Origin: Vicinamibacterales bacterium
GTDB taxonomy: Bacteria; Acidobacteriota; Vicinamibacteria; Vicinamibacterales; UBA8438
Assembly: GCA_965207265.1 (NCBI GenBank)
Contig: OZ242279.1
Span: 6,235,359 to 6,299,358, forward strand
DNA: 64,000 nucleotides
Reading direction: 5' to 3'
Shown here piece after piece: positions 9,222 to 20,357 of the stretch. The notes under the pieces were generated by a model, which was given only the letters and a program-made list of their open reading frames with translations, had not been told where the DNA came from and did no database searches. The translations under genes were made by a program, and so were the position numbers. Each line of letters begins with the position of its first letter. Position 1 is the stretch's first letter.

Positions 9222-10244
9222 ATGCCCTGGAACGTCTGCCCCTTCGACGCCGTGCTGCTGATCAGCTTCGGCGGACCGCTGCGCCGCGCCGACATCCGGC
9301 CGTTCCTGCAGAACGTCCTCCGGGGACGACGGGTGCCGCCGGCCCGCGTCGAGGCGGTGGCGCAACACTACGAGTTGTTCGACGGCGTGTCGCCGCTCAC
9401 CGCGATCACCCGGCGGCAGGCGGAGGGGTTGCGCGCACGTCTCGCCGCGATCGGCCCGAGGCTGCCGGTTTTCGTCGGCATGCGGAACTGGCACCCGTTT
9501 CTCGACGACACCCTGGAGGAGATGGCGGCGGCGGGGATCGGACGGGCGCTCGGCATCGTCCTGGCTGCGCACCACAGCTACTCGAGCTGCGGGCAGTACC
9601 GCCAGAACGTCGCGCAGGCCCGGCAGGAGCTGCGGGCGCGTGCCGCGGCCGACGTCGAGGTGCTGTTCGCGCCCGGCTGGCACACGCACGGAGGGTTCGT
9701 GGAAGCCAACGCTCGACGGATCGATGCCGCCCGACGCCAGCTTCCCGGCGCCGTGCGGGAGGCCGCCCGCATCGTCTTCACCGCACACAGCATCCCGACG
9801 ACGATGGCGGCGGCGTGTCGCTACGAGACGGACCTGCGGGAGACGGCCGAACGCGTCGCCGCCCGCCTGGAGACCGACGACTGGGTGCTGGCGTACCAGA
9901 GCCGGAGCGGGCGGCCCGAGGACCCCTGGCTGGAGCCGGATGTCTGCGAGTATCTGCGCGCGGCGCATGATCGCGGCCTGCGGGCGGCGATCATCGCTCC
10001 GATCGGGTTCGTGGCCGATCACATCGAGGTGCTGTACGACCTCGACACCGAAGCGGCCGAGGTCTGCCGCAACCTCGGCCTGCCGATGCGCCGCGCGGCC
10101 GCGGTCAACGACCACCCAGCCTTCATCGACACGCTGGCCGACGTGACGCGGCGCGCCTGCGAGCAAGCCCGCTGCCGTCGGCCGTTGCCAATCGTACCGG
10201 CGTCGCCCCCCGCCCGGCTCGAGCCCCCGCCGCCGGCGCGCTGA
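9222..10244 (+). CDS. hemH: Ferrochelatase
   Basis: 340-aa ORF. The N-terminus FDAVLLISFGGP...IRPFLQNVL and the SPL..IT.RQA motif are ferrochelatase-typical, as is the C-terminal FVADHIEVLYDLD. Confidence 0.9.
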   Translation: MPWNVCPFDAVLLISFGGPLRRADIRPFLQNVLRGRRVPPARVEAVAQHYELFDGVSPLTAITRRQAEGLRARLAAIGPRLPVFVGMRNWHPFLDDTLEEMAAAGIGRALGIVLAAHHSYSSCGQYRQNVAQARQELRARAAADVEVLFAPGWHTHGGFVEANARRIDAARRQLPGAVREAARIVFTAHSIPTTMAAACRYETDLRETAERVAARLETDDWVLAYQSRSGRPEDPWLEPDVCEYLRAAHDRGLRAAIIAPIGFVADHIEVLYDLDTEAAEVCRNLGLPMRRAAAVNDHPAFIDTLADVTRRACEQARCRRPLPIVPASPPARLEPPPPAR

Positions 10245-10287
10245 CGGGACGGCAGCGCGACCTCACGGCCGCGGCGGGGTCCGGACT

Positions 10288-10719
10288 CTACGCGACGGGC
10301 GCCGGCGCACAGTGCTTGTCGAACGCCGCGGTCAGATCCCGGGCGATGACATCGGCCTCCCGGTTCTCGATCTGGTGCCGCTCCATCATGTAGATCAGCT
10401 TGCCGTCCCGTAGGAGGGCGACGGCGGGCGAGGACGGCGGATAACCGGTGAGGTACTCCCGCGCACGCTGCGTCGCCTCGATGTCGGCGCCGGCGAACAC
10501 GGTGGCGACCACGTCCGGCCTGGTCTCGTGCCGCAGCGCCAGCGCCACGCCCGGGCGTGCCCTGCCGGCCGCGCAGCCGCAGACGGAGTTGACCACGAGC
10601 ATGAGGGTGCCGGCCTGTCCGGCCACCGCGTCGTCAACGTCCTTGGCGGTCCGCAGCTCCTTGACGCCGAGCTGGGTCAACTCCTCGCGCATCGGGGCGA
10701 TAAAGAATTCTGGATACAC
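10288..10719 (-). CDS. Bacilliredoxin (BrxA/BrxB, YphP/YqiW family)
   Basis: 143 aa, near-collinear with B. subtilis YphP as I remember it: LVVNSVCGCAAG (CGC active site), VFAG, EYLTGYPPSSPAVALL, LTAAFDKHC. Confidence 0.85.
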   Translation of the reverse strand: MYPEFFIAPMREELTQLGVKELRTAKDVDDAVAGQAGTLMLVVNSVCGCAAGRARPGVALALRHETRPDVVATVFAGADIEATQRAREYLTGYPPSSPAVALLRDGKLIYMMERHQIENREADVIARDLTAAFDKHCAPAPVA

Positions 10720-10771
10720 GCTTGGGCTCCTTTCGCGTTACGCGCGCCCCCATGGGACGCGCGATTCATCG

Positions 10772-12241
10772 TCAACCAACAAGCGTAGCACGGTCCGCCG
10801 CGCTCCGCTCGCCGAGGCGGCGGTTGAACGCCCAGAGCACAGCCAGTGCGATGCCCCACTGCGCCACGCAGGTGCCGACGCTGTATACCCGCAGGGGATT
10901 CCACCAGCCCTCAGGGTCGTACACCGTCGCCGCCTGATACATCCACCAGCCGAACATCACCGCGAACTCCACCGGCACCAGGTATTTCAGGATCCACGCC
11001 CAGACCGGCCCGATCCGGCGCCCCGACGAGTGGGTGTTGACCAGCTCGTCGCCGAAGCGGTCGACTCCGTAGCGCAGGGTCGCAATGGCGATGAACACGC
11101 CGCTGACCATCAGCGCCAGCCCCCAGACCCAGTCCTGGTTCTCGAAGACCGCGAGGCTGACCGCCGACGGCAGGCCGCAGACGACGGCCGCGCCGACCAC
11201 GAGCGGCACGGCGCGCGAACGGGCGGCGCCCGCGTCGATGAGCACGCGCGTCCCGAGCTCCACCATCGCGATCAGCGACGAGAGTGCGGCGCAGAACATG
11301 GCCACGAAGAAGAGCGGCAGGAACAGCCCGCCGGCCGGCATCCGGGCGAACACCTGCGGAATCCAGATGAAGGTCAGTCCGGTGTTTCCCGCGGCCAGCG
11401 CCTCGCCCGCCTCCCCCGCCGGCAGGATGGCGAAGGCGGCCGGCAGGATCGCCATCGCGGCGAGCAGCGACGCCACGTTGTTGCCCAGACCGATCGTCGC
11501 GGCGTTGGTGACGACGTCGTCGCTCTCGCGCACGTAGATGGCGTAGCAGAGAATGAGCCCCCACCCGGCGCCGGTCGACCACGCCGACTGCGTCAGGGCC
11601 TCCAGCCATGTCCGGTAGTTCGTCAGGGCGCTCAGATCCGGGGTGAACAGATAGGCCAGTCCCTCGCCGGCTCCCGGCAGCGTGACCGCCCGCGCCACCG
11701 CGAACAGCAGCAGCACGAACAGCAGCGGGATGAGTATCCGGTTCGCCCGCTCGATGCCGCCGATCACGCCGCGGGCCACCACGAAACCCGCGCCGGCCAC
11801 CGCCAGCACGTGAAACAGCACCGGCTGCCACACCGACGTGCTGTACGCGTTCCAGTAGGCCGCAGCGTCGACTCCGGCGAGATCACCCGTCGATGCCGCG
11901 ACCGCGTACTTCAGCATCCACCCGGTGACGACCGAGTAGTAGAACATGATCATCACGCTCGTCACTGCGACGAAGCCGCCCATCCACGCGGTTCGCCCCC
12001 CGGTCAGCTTGGCGAACGCACCGATGGGGCCGCGGCGCGCGCCCCGGCCGAGCCCGAACTCGGCGATCAGCAGCGGAATGGACCAGGCGAACAGGAACAG
12101 CAGCCACGGAATGAGGAACGCGCCGCCGCCGTTCTGGGCCGCGACACGCGGAAAGCGCCACAGGTTGCCGGTGCCGACGGCCATTCCGAGACCGGCCAGG
12201 ATGATGCCCCAGCGCGACGAGAAGAAATCGGACGTCTTCAT
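10772..12241 (-). CDS. Sodium-dependent transporter (neurotransmitter:sodium symporter/SNF family)
   Basis: Track ORF 10772..12361 trimmed to MKTSDFFSSRWGIILAGLGMAVGTGNLWRFP (SNF signature). It is a polytopic membrane protein. Confidence 0.85.
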   Translation of the reverse strand: MKTSDFFSSRWGIILAGLGMAVGTGNLWRFPRVAAQNGGGAFLIPWLLFLFAWSIPLLIAEFGLGRGARRGPIGAFAKLTGGRTAWMGGFVAVTSVMIMFYYSVVTGWMLKYAVAASTGDLAGVDAAAYWNAYSTSVWQPVLFHVLAVAGAGFVVARGVIGGIERANRILIPLLFVLLLFAVARAVTLPGAGEGLAYLFTPDLSALTNYRTWLEALTQSAWSTGAGWGLILCYAIYVRESDDVVTNAATIGLGNNVASLLAAMAILPAAFAILPAGEAGEALAAGNTGLTFIWIPQVFARMPAGGLFLPLFFVAMFCAALSSLIAMVELGTRVLIDAGAARSRAVPLVVGAAVVCGLPSAVSLAVFENQDWVWGLALMVSGVFIAIATLRYGVDRFGDELVNTHSSGRRIGPVWAWILKYLVPVEFAVMFGWWMYQAATVYDPEGWWNPLRVYSVGTCVAQWGIALAVLWAFNRRLGERSAADRATLVG

Positions 12242-12422
12242 CGAATGCTCCTGATGCGTTGCATCTACAGTGTAGGCGGATCGGCCGCCGCAGTCCCGTT
12301 GCGCGCGAATCCGTAGCGGGCCGGGCGCGGCGCGCCGCAGCCGCCAGCCGTTCCCGACCACCGGGAACCTCCGCCAATTCTTATACGTCTCATATCAATG
12401 CATAGAGTCGGGGCGACGCATC

Positions 12423-12761
12423 ATGAGCGAGATCCTCTTCATCAGCACGGCTTCGCGCCTGCTGGGCATGCATCCGCAGACCCTCCGCAAGTACGAGCGT
12501 CTCGGACTGGTGCGCCCCGACCGCACGGTCGGCAGCATGCGGATCTACTCGACGGAACAGATCGAGCGCCTGCGCTTCATCAAGCATCTGGTCGACGAGC
12601 GCGGGATCAACCTCGCCGGCGTGCGGCACCTGCTCGCGGTGGCGGATGCGGTACAGCGGCTCCGGCCGCTCGCCGGCGGAGATGCGCTGAGCAGGCGCGG
12701 CGGGCATCGCCGCCTCCTGCGGGAGCTGGAGCATCTGAGCGAGCTGGTCGGTCTGCCGTGA
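12423..12761 (+). CDS. hspR: MerR-family heat-shock repressor HspR
   Basis: 112 aa. The N-terminal MerR helix-turn-helix is [34 protein letters not shown]. It sits immediately upstream of clpB, as in actinobacterial hspR regulons. Confidence 0.75.
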   Translation: MSEILFISTASRLLGMHPQTLRKYERLGLVRPDRTVGSMRIYSTEQIERLRFIKHLVDERGINLAGVRHLLAVADAVQRLRPLAGGDALSRRGGHRRLLRELEHLSELVGLP

Positions 12762-12804
12762 GCACGGAAGGACGCATGCAGTCGACGACTCGAGGACCAT
12801 TGCC

Positions 12805-15435
12805 ATGAACATCAATCGACTGACCGAGAAGGCCCAGGAGGCCGTCGTCGCGGCCCAGCAACTCGCCGAGCAGGCGGGGCATCCGCAGATCGAGCCGGAG
12901 CACCTGCTGCTGACCCTGATCGAGCAGCATGAAGGCGTAGTGCCGGCGCTGCTGCAGAAGCTCGCGGTGGATCCGGCATCCCTGGCCGCCGCCGCTCGCG
13001 CCGGCCTGGATCGGCTGCCTGCGGCGACGGGCGGCGCACCCCCGGCCCCGTCCGCCCGCCTTCACGGCGTCCTGACCGCCGCGAGCAGCGAGGCGGAGCG
13101 CCTGACCGACGAGTACGTCAGCACCGAGCACCTCTTCCTGGCCCTGGCGACCGAGCAGGGCACCGCCCCGGCGGCCCGCCTGCTGTCCGAACACGGGGTC
13201 GGCAAGGACCGGCTCTACGGCGCGCTGACCGCGGTCCGCGGCTCTCACCGGGTGACCGACCAGCATCCCGAAGGGAAGTATCAAGCGCTCGAACGCTACG
13301 CCTGCGATCTGACCGCGCTGGCCCGCGGCGCCAAGCTCGATCCGGTCATCGGCCGCGACGAAGAGATCCGCCGGGTCATCCAGGTGCTCTCGCGCCGGAC
13401 CAAGAACAACCCGGTTCTCATCGGTGAGCCGGGCGTCGGCAAGACCGCGATCGTGGAAGGCCTGGCCCAGCGCATCGTACGCGGCGACGTCCCCGAGGGA
13501 CTCGACGACAAGCGTCTGGTCGCCCTCGACATGGGGTCCCTCATTGCCGGGGCCAAGTACCGCGGCGAGTTCGAGGAGCGGCTCAAGGCGGTGCTCAAGG
13601 AGATCACCGACGCCGAGGGCCGCATCGTGCTCTTCATCGACGAGTTGCACACGGTGGTCGGCGCGGGCGCGTCCGAGGGTGCGATCGACGCCTCCAACAT
13701 GCTCAAGCCGCTGCTCGCCCGCGGCGAGCTGCACACCATCGGGGCGACGACCCTGGACGAGTACCGCAAGTACATCGAGAAGGATGCGGCGCTCGAGCGG
13801 CGCTTCCAGCCGGTGCTCGTCGCCGAGCCCACGGTCGAGGACACCATCAGCGTCCTGCGCGGCCTGCGCGAGCGGTACGAGATCCACCACGGCGTGAAGT
13901 TCAAGGACGCCGCCCTGGTCGCCGCCGCAGTGCTATCGAACCGCTACATCAGCGACCGTTTCCTGCCGGACAAGGCCATCGACCTGATCGACGAGGCGGC
14001 CTCGAAGCTGCGCACCGAGATCGACTCGCTGCCGGTGGAGCTAGACGAGGTCGAACGGCGCATCATGCAACTGGAGATCGAACGCGAGGCGCTGCGCAAG
14101 GAGACCGACGACGCCTCGCGCGGCCGCCTCGAGCGCCTGGAGAAGGAGTTGGCCGACCTGCAGGAGGAGCGCCACCGGCTGCGCACCCGGTGGGAGCACG
14201 AGAAGGCGGAGATTCAAGCCGCGCGCAGCATGCAGGGCGAGCTCGAAACGTTGCGCCACGAGGTGGAGCGGGCGCAGCGCGAGGGGGACTACACGCGCGC
14301 TTCCGAGCTGCAGTACGGACGGCTCCCGGAGCTCGAGCAGCAGTTGCGGCGGAGCCGCGAGACCGCCGCTTCAGGCTCGCGCATGCTCAAGGAAGAGGTG
14401 GATGAACAGGACATCGCCGCCGTCGTGAGCAAGTGGACGCACATTCCGGTCAGCCGGCTCGTCGAGGGCGAGATCGAGAAGCTCGTCCGGATGGAGGATC
14501 GGCTCCGGAAGCGCGTCATCGGCCAGGACGACGCCATCACGGCCGTATCCAACGCGGTGCGCCGCGCCCGCGCCGGCCTGCAGGACCCGGACCGCCCGCT
14601 CGGCAGCTTCATCTTCCTCGGGCCAACCGGCGTCGGAAAGACGGAGCTTGCGCGCGCCCTGGCCGAGTTCCTCTTCGACGACGAACGGGCCATGGTGCGC
14701 GTCGACATGTCGGAGTACCAGGAGAAGCACTCCATCTCGCGGCTGGTCGGCGCCCCTCCCGGCTACGTCGGCCACGACGAGGCGGGCCAGCTCACCGAGG
14801 CCGTGCGGCGGCGTCCCTACTCGGTGGTGCTGTTCGACGAGGTCGAGAAGACCCACCCGGACGTGCTGAACGTCATGCTGCAGCTTCTGGACGACGGCCG
14901 CCTGACCGACGGCAAGGGGCGGACGGTCGATTTCCGGAACGTCGTCGTCATCATGACCTCGAACCTGGGCAGCGAGTTCATCGCCGCGCGCGCCATCGAC
15001 GGCGGCGACCTGGACGAGGACACGCGGCGGCGGATCGACGACGTCGTGCGGCGGCACTTCCGGCCCGAGTTTCTCAACCGCGTCGACGAGATCATCGTCT
15101 TTCACGCCCTCGCACGGGACCATCTGGCGGATATCGCGGCCATCCAGCTCGCCCATCTCGGGCGGCGGCTGGCCGAGCGCCAGGTCACAATCGAGACGAC
15201 CGACGGCGCATTGCGTGGCTTGATCGACGAGGGATACGACCCCGCCTACGGGACGCGGCCGCTGCGCCGGACGATCCAGCGCCGGGTGCTCGACCCGCTG
15301 GCGATGGACCTGCTCCGGGGCGATTTCGCGGACGGCGACACCGTGGTCGTCGACCGCGGCGCGGACGGGCTGACGTTCACCCGGCGTGCGCCGGTCGCCG
15401 CGAACGAGAATCCCGGGAACGAGATCGAAGCGTGA
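12805..15435 (+). CDS. clpB: ATP-dependent chaperone ClpB
   Basis: 876 aa with a Clp N-domain, two AAA+ modules (GEPGVGKT and GPTGVGKT) and a long middle coiled-coil. Confidence 0.97.
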   Translation: MNINRLTEKAQEAVVAAQQLAEQAGHPQIEPEHLLLTLIEQHEGVVPALLQKLAVDPASLAAAARAGLDRLPAATGGAPPAPSARLHGVLTAASSEAERLTDEYVSTEHLFLALATEQGTAPAARLLSEHGVGKDRLYGALTAVRGSHRVTDQHPEGKYQALERYACDLTALARGAKLDPVIGRDEEIRRVIQVLSRRTKNNPVLIGEPGVGKTAIVEGLAQRIVRGDVPEGLDDKRLVALDMGSLIAGAKYRGEFEERLKAVLKEITDAEGRIVLFIDELHTVVGAGASEGAIDASNMLKPLLARGELHTIGATTLDEYRKYIEKDAALERRFQPVLVAEPTVEDTISVLRGLRERYEIHHGVKFKDAALVAAAVLSNRYISDRFLPDKAIDLIDEAASKLRTEIDSLPVELDEVERRIMQLEIEREALRKETDDASRGRLERLEKELADLQEERHRLRTRWEHEKAEIQAARSMQGELETLRHEVERAQREGDYTRASELQYGRLPELEQQLRRSRETAASGSRMLKEEVDEQDIAAVVSKWTHIPVSRLVEGEIEKLVRMEDRLRKRVIGQDDAITAVSNAVRRARAGLQDPDRPLGSFIFLGPTGVGKTELARALAEFLFDDERAMVRVDMSEYQEKHSISRLVGAPPGYVGHDEAGQLTEAVRRRPYSVVLFDEVEKTHPDVLNVMLQLLDDGRLTDGKGRTVDFRNVVVIMTSNLGSEFIAARAIDGGDLDEDTRRRIDDVVRRHFRPEFLNRVDEIIVFHALARDHLADIAAIQLAHLGRRLAERQVTIETTDGALRGLIDEGYDPAYGTRPLRRTIQRRVLDPLAMDLLRGDFADGDTVVVDRGADGLTFTRRAPVAANENPGNEIEA

Positions 15436-15564
15436 CTCTGCCCCGTCACGCTACGTGCGGGAAGGCAGCGGGCGCCTCGCGGGTCTCGATGCTACGCGCG
15501 GTTCCACCGCGGACTGCCAGGGCGCCGCGCCACGGCGGTCCGGGCGGCCCGGTCCGGCAGGGGG

Positions 15565-15770
15565 TTACCCGCCCGCGCGGGTAGCGGCCTCGAAGCCCTC
15601 GCGGTTGTGGGAGCCGTCGCAGAACGGTTTGTTCTCGGAGTGTCCGCAGCGGCACAGCGCGAACGGCCGGCGCGTGATCGGAAACTCGTTGCCGTCGGCG
15701 TCCACCACCCGCACGTCGTCGCCGTCGACCAGGCAGGGACCGTTGTCTCGAATTCGGATCGTCGCCATCA

Positions 15771-15774
<4 letters not shown>
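15565..15774 (-). CDS. CDGSH iron-sulfur domain protein
   Basis: Track ORF 15565..15894 trimmed to [29 protein letters not shown] is the CDGSH 2Fe-2S motif. Its ATG run overlaps the rho TGA (15771-15773). Confidence 0.8.
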
Positions 15775-17132
<1,358 letters not shown>

Positions 17133-17505
17133 GTCTTGGCTAGAACTCTCGGTTACGGGTTGACGTCGGGCCGTGACGGCCAGGTTGAGGATGGGAGGGG
17201 CGATTCTCCGGGACGAGGCCCGGAGCAGGGTCACAGGTTTCCGGTATCCGTTCTCGTCGCGCCCCGACTCGGGCTCGTCCCGTCCGGCTCGACCGGACGC
17301 AACGCTCTCATGGCAGACTGCTGAAACACGGAACCGTCTGAATGCTCACGCGTCGAGACGCAACGGTCAGCTTGGAGGATGCGTTCAACGCCGTGCTGAC
17401 GAGTAACGCCGTCGAACTCGTCGCGAGGTTCGTGTCGGGCCCCAGCCCCCCAACGCCCCGGGAGCTTGCGCCGCAGAACTCACTGCGTTGCGTTCTAAGG
17501 CTCCT

Positions 17506-17534
17506 AGCATAGAAAGCCGGCTGGAAGCTGTCAA
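17506..17534 (-). promoter_or_regulatory. Sigma-70-type promoter of rho (TTGACA-N17-TATGCT), giving a roughly 365-nt leader
   Basis: The minus strand reads gGTTGACAgcttccagccggctttcTATGCTagg. The -35 box is 17534-17529 and the -10 box is 17511-17506. This is the only near-consensus promoter in the 436-bp gap upstream of rho. Confidence 0.45.
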
Positions 17535-17568
17535 CCCCGGCCGCGCCGTCGCACCCTTCCCCGTTGCG

Positions 17569-17946
17569 TCAGTAGAGCGCGGGCGACTCGTCGACGGCCA
17601 GGATGCTGCACTGCAGGCGGGTGTCGAGCCCGAGGGCCCTCGCCCGCACCAGGAGCGAGTCGCTCTCGGCGCCCGGGTTCACCCAGAGTTCGGAAATCCC
17701 CTTGGCGGCGATCTCCGGCAGCACCCCCTCGCCCACCGCCGGGTGGACGTAGAGCGTCGCCACGTCCACGGGACCCGGTACGTCGACCACCGAGGCGTAC
17801 GCCGGCAAGCCCTCGATCCGGCCCGCCGCGCGGGCGCGACGGGGATTGATCGGCACCACCTCGTGTCCGGCGTGCCGGAGCGCCCGGACCGCCTTGTTCC
17901 CGAACTTGGCGCGATCCTCCGAGGCGCCGATGACTGCGACCCTCAT
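17569..17946 (-). CDS. CoA-binding domain protein
   Basis: Track ORF 17569..18018 trimmed to MRVAVIGASEDRAKFGNKAVRALRHAGHEVVPINP (CoA_binding_2-like Rossmann N-terminus). Confidence 0.8.
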   Translation of the reverse strand: MRVAVIGASEDRAKFGNKAVRALRHAGHEVVPINPRRARAAGRIEGLPAYASVVDVPGPVDVATLYVHPAVGEGVLPEIAAKGISELWVNPGAESDSLLVRARALGLDTRLQCSILAVDESPALY

Positions 17947-18013
17947 GGTCTCAGTGTCGCAGGTCCCGCGTGCCGCGGCAACCCGGGCGCGCGGACCGGT
18001 GCCGCGCGAGATG

Positions 18014-18019
18014 TACAAT
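18014..18019 (+). promoter_or_regulatory. -10 box TACAAT placed 8 nt before the GTG start of the GT39 gene (leaderless arrangement)
   Basis: The sequence reads gatgTACAATccgccgcgGTG, with no Shine-Dalgarno sequence. The spacing is the same as at hemH. Confidence 0.3.
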
Positions 18020-18027
18020 CCGCCGCG

Positions 18028-19719
18028 GTGTCACGCCACGCGGTGATTCTTGCCGGCGTTTGCGTCCTGACGTTCTTCGTCGGGCTCGGGCGCCCGGCGC
18101 TGACCGACTCCGACGAAGCCTTCTACGCCGAGAGCGCCCGCGAGATGATCGAGCGCGGCGACTGGCTCACGCCCTACTACAACGGCCAGCCGCGCTTCGA
18201 GAAGCCGGTGCTCTACTACTGGCTGGTTGCCGTCACCTACGTGGCGGCGGGACCCTCCCCCGGCGCGGCGCGGTTCCCTGCCGCGCTGGCCGGCGTCGGC
18301 CTGGTACTGGTCACCTTCGCCTGCGCGCGGCGCTGGTACGACGGGTCGACCGCCCTGCTGGCCGGCCTCATCGGGGCGACCAGCACGGGCATCGTCGCGA
18401 TGGCCCGTCAGGCGCTGCCCGATCTGCCCCTCGCCTTCTTCGTGACGCTCGCCGTCTGGGCGGCGCTCGTCGCCCTGCTTGAGGATCCGCACCGGTCGCC
18501 GGGACCGCGCCAGCGCCGCGCCTGGCTGCTCCTGGCCGCGCTGGCCGCAGGCGCCGCGTTCCTCGTGAAGGGCCCTGTCGGTCCGGCGCTTGCCGCACTG
18601 GTCGTGCTACCCCTCGCCGCACTGGACTGGCGGCGGCACGGCCTGCCGTCCCGGGCGACCCGGGTCGACCTGGCGCTTGCCGCCGCGCTCTTTCTGCTCG
18701 TGGCGGCGCCCTGGTACGCCGCGATGGCGATCGAGCACGGCGCCGGGTATCTGGAGCGGTTCTTCCTTGCCGAGAATCTCGAACGTTACGCCTCCGATCG
18801 CTACAACGCGCCGCGGCCGCCGTGGTACTACCTGCCGATAATCGCCGGCGGCCTGCTTCCGTGGTCCCCGTTCATGCTTCTGTGGGCGGCGGCGGCACGA
18901 GAGAGCTGGCGCCGCCGGATCCTCGACCAGCGCGCGCTGCGGCTGGCGGTCTGGGCGGCGGCGCCGCTGGCCTTCTACACGCTGTCCGTCGGCAAGCAGC
19001 CGCGCTACATCCTGCCTCTGCTGGCGCCCCTGGCCATCCTCCTCGCGCGCGCCGTGACGCGGGCCATCGAGGGGACACCCGCCAGGCGGCGTGCTCTCGC
19101 GACGCTCGGCGCCGCGACGGGCGCCGTGGTCATGGTCATCGGCGGGCTCGTTTACCGCGCCCGGCCGCTGTTGGTCGAATGGAACGAGCCGGTCACTCTG
19201 ATTGTCGCGCTCGCAGTCTTTCTCGCCGGCGGCGCCGTCGCCGCGTTCTCGGTGGGCGCGTGGCGGCACGGGCCGGACGCAACGGCGCGGGCCGGGGTGA
19301 TTCCTACGCTCGTCGCCGCCGCCGCGGTGGTCATGGCGGTCGGGGCGCACCTGGTCGTGCTGGCGTCCCCCGGTCCGTCCCCCGTCGAGCGCATGGCCGC
19401 CATGCTCGCGGTCGAGCGCAACGCCGGTGAGCCCTACGGCCGCCACCGGGTGTTCGACCGCAACCTTGTGTATTACATGCGCACGCCGCACGTGGAGTTG
19501 CCCGTGCTGCCGGCGGCGTACGATTTCCTGCGTTCACCCGGGCGGGTGCTGTGCGTGCTGCGGGCGGAGGACGCCGTGCGGCTCCGAGAGGATGGCCTGC
19601 GGCTGCAGCGCCTGGCAGAGGTGCGCTATCTGAACACCGGCAGCCTCAACCTGCGCACCCTGCTCAACCCCGACCCGCAACGCTACCTGCAGCGTGTGGT
19701 GCTGGTCGCCAACCGCTAG
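18028..19719 (+). CDS. Glycosyltransferase family 39 (ArnT/PMT-like) membrane protein
   Basis: Track ORF 17488..19719 trimmed to the GTG at 18028 (VSRHAVILAGVCVLTFFVGL). LTDSDEAFYAESAREM...FEKPVLYYWL is the GT-C/GT39 DE motif region, followed by many TM helices. The start is uncertain by a few codons. Confidence 0.75.
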   Translation: MSRHAVILAGVCVLTFFVGLGRPALTDSDEAFYAESAREMIERGDWLTPYYNGQPRFEKPVLYYWLVAVTYVAAGPSPGAARFPAALAGVGLVLVTFACARRWYDGSTALLAGLIGATSTGIVAMARQALPDLPLAFFVTLAVWAALVALLEDPHRSPGPRQRRAWLLLAALAAGAAFLVKGPVGPALAALVVLPLAALDWRRHGLPSRATRVDLALAAALFLLVAAPWYAAMAIEHGAGYLERFFLAENLERYASDRYNAPRPPWYYLPIIAGGLLPWSPFMLLWAAAARESWRRRILDQRALRLAVWAAAPLAFYTLSVGKQPRYILPLLAPLAILLARAVTRAIEGTPARRRALATLGAATGAVVMVIGGLVYRARPLLVEWNEPVTLIVALAVFLAGGAVAAFSVGAWRHGPDATARAGVIPTLVAAAAVVMAVGAHLVVLASPGPSPVERMAAMLAVERNAGEPYGRHRVFDRNLVYYMRTPHVELPVLPAAYDFLRSPGRVLCVLRAEDAVRLREDGLRLQRLAEVRYLNTGSLNLRTLLNPDPQRYLQRVVLVANR

Positions 19720-19803
19720 CCCGACAATCGTCGCCTGCGGCTCCGATTGCCGCCCAACCGGGCCTGACGAGCAGTCTACGCCGTTCTACGGCGCAGACTG
19801 CTA
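19720..19803 (-). repeat. Copy A of a roughly 87-nt two-hairpin intergenic repeat (functional sense inferred on the minus strand)
   Basis: About 90% identical to the reverse complement of 24740-24826. Hairpin 1 is at 19770-19802 (15 bp). Hairpin 2 is CAATCG-ga-GCC-gca-GGC-ga-CGATTG, closed by GCCCG/CGGGC. Confidence 0.7.
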
Positions 19804-19841
19804 GCCCTCCGCTGGCCCGACCATCGTCTGCGCACCAGGAG

Positions 19842-20357
19842 TCAGACGTTCAGGCCCGGCGCGCGCGCGCCGGCCTTCTGCCGGAGACGCGTCTCCACCA
19901 CTTCCGGCACCAGTCCGTCCAACGAGCCCCCCAGGGCGAAGACTTCCTTGGCGAGTCGGGAGCTGAGATAGGTGTACCTTTCGTCCGGCATCATGAAGAC
20001 GGTTTCTATCGACTGGCTGAGCCGCCGGTTCATGAGCGCCATCTGCATCTCGAACTCGAAGTCGGAGATCGCCCGCAGCCCGCGAACGATCACGTCCGCC
20101 CCCCGGCGCTCCGCATAGTGGACGAGCAGGCCGTTGAACTTCTCCACTTCGACGTTGGCATCCTGGCGGAACACCTGGCGCGCGATCTCGACCCGCTCCT
20201 CCACCGAGAACAGCGGGGACTTGTCCATGTTGACCAGGATCGCGATGACGATCCGGTCGAACAGCAGCGCGCCGCGACGGATGATGTCGACGTGGCCGTT
20301 GGTCAACGGGTCGAACGACCCCGGATAGACGGCCAGCCTACTCCTTGGCTCTGACAT
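19842..20357 (-). CDS. coaD: Pantetheine-phosphate adenylyltransferase
   Basis: 171 aa with YPGSFDPLTNGHVDII (the nucleotidyltransferase HxGH-type motif) and ISDFEFEMQMA. Confidence 0.9.
   Translation of the reverse strand: MSEPRSRLAVYPGSFDPLTNGHVDIIRRGALLFDRIVIAILVNMDKSPLFSVEERVEIARQVFRQDANVEVEKFNGLLVHYAERRGADVIVRGLRAISDFEFEMQMALMNRRLSQSIETVFMMPDERYTYLSSRLAKEVFALGGSLDGLVPEVVETRLRQKAGARAPGLNV

Noticed and set aside
12362-12422. Search for an HspR operator (HAIR, CTTGAGT-N7-ACTCAAG) upstream of hspR-clpB
   Set aside because: Only a weak imperfect inverted repeat (GTCTC-N14-GAGTC around an ATGCAT core) and a possible TAGAGT -10 box are present. Nothing matches the HAIR consensus, so no operator is called.
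17133-17568. 436-bp lower-GC non-coding stretch considered as a possible ncRNA gene (RNase P, SRP, 6S, tmRNA)
   Set aside because: No conserved cores (for example GAGGAAAGUCC of RNase P, or the SRP domain IV motif) were seen. Its position and a consensus promoter fit a long rho 5' leader instead.
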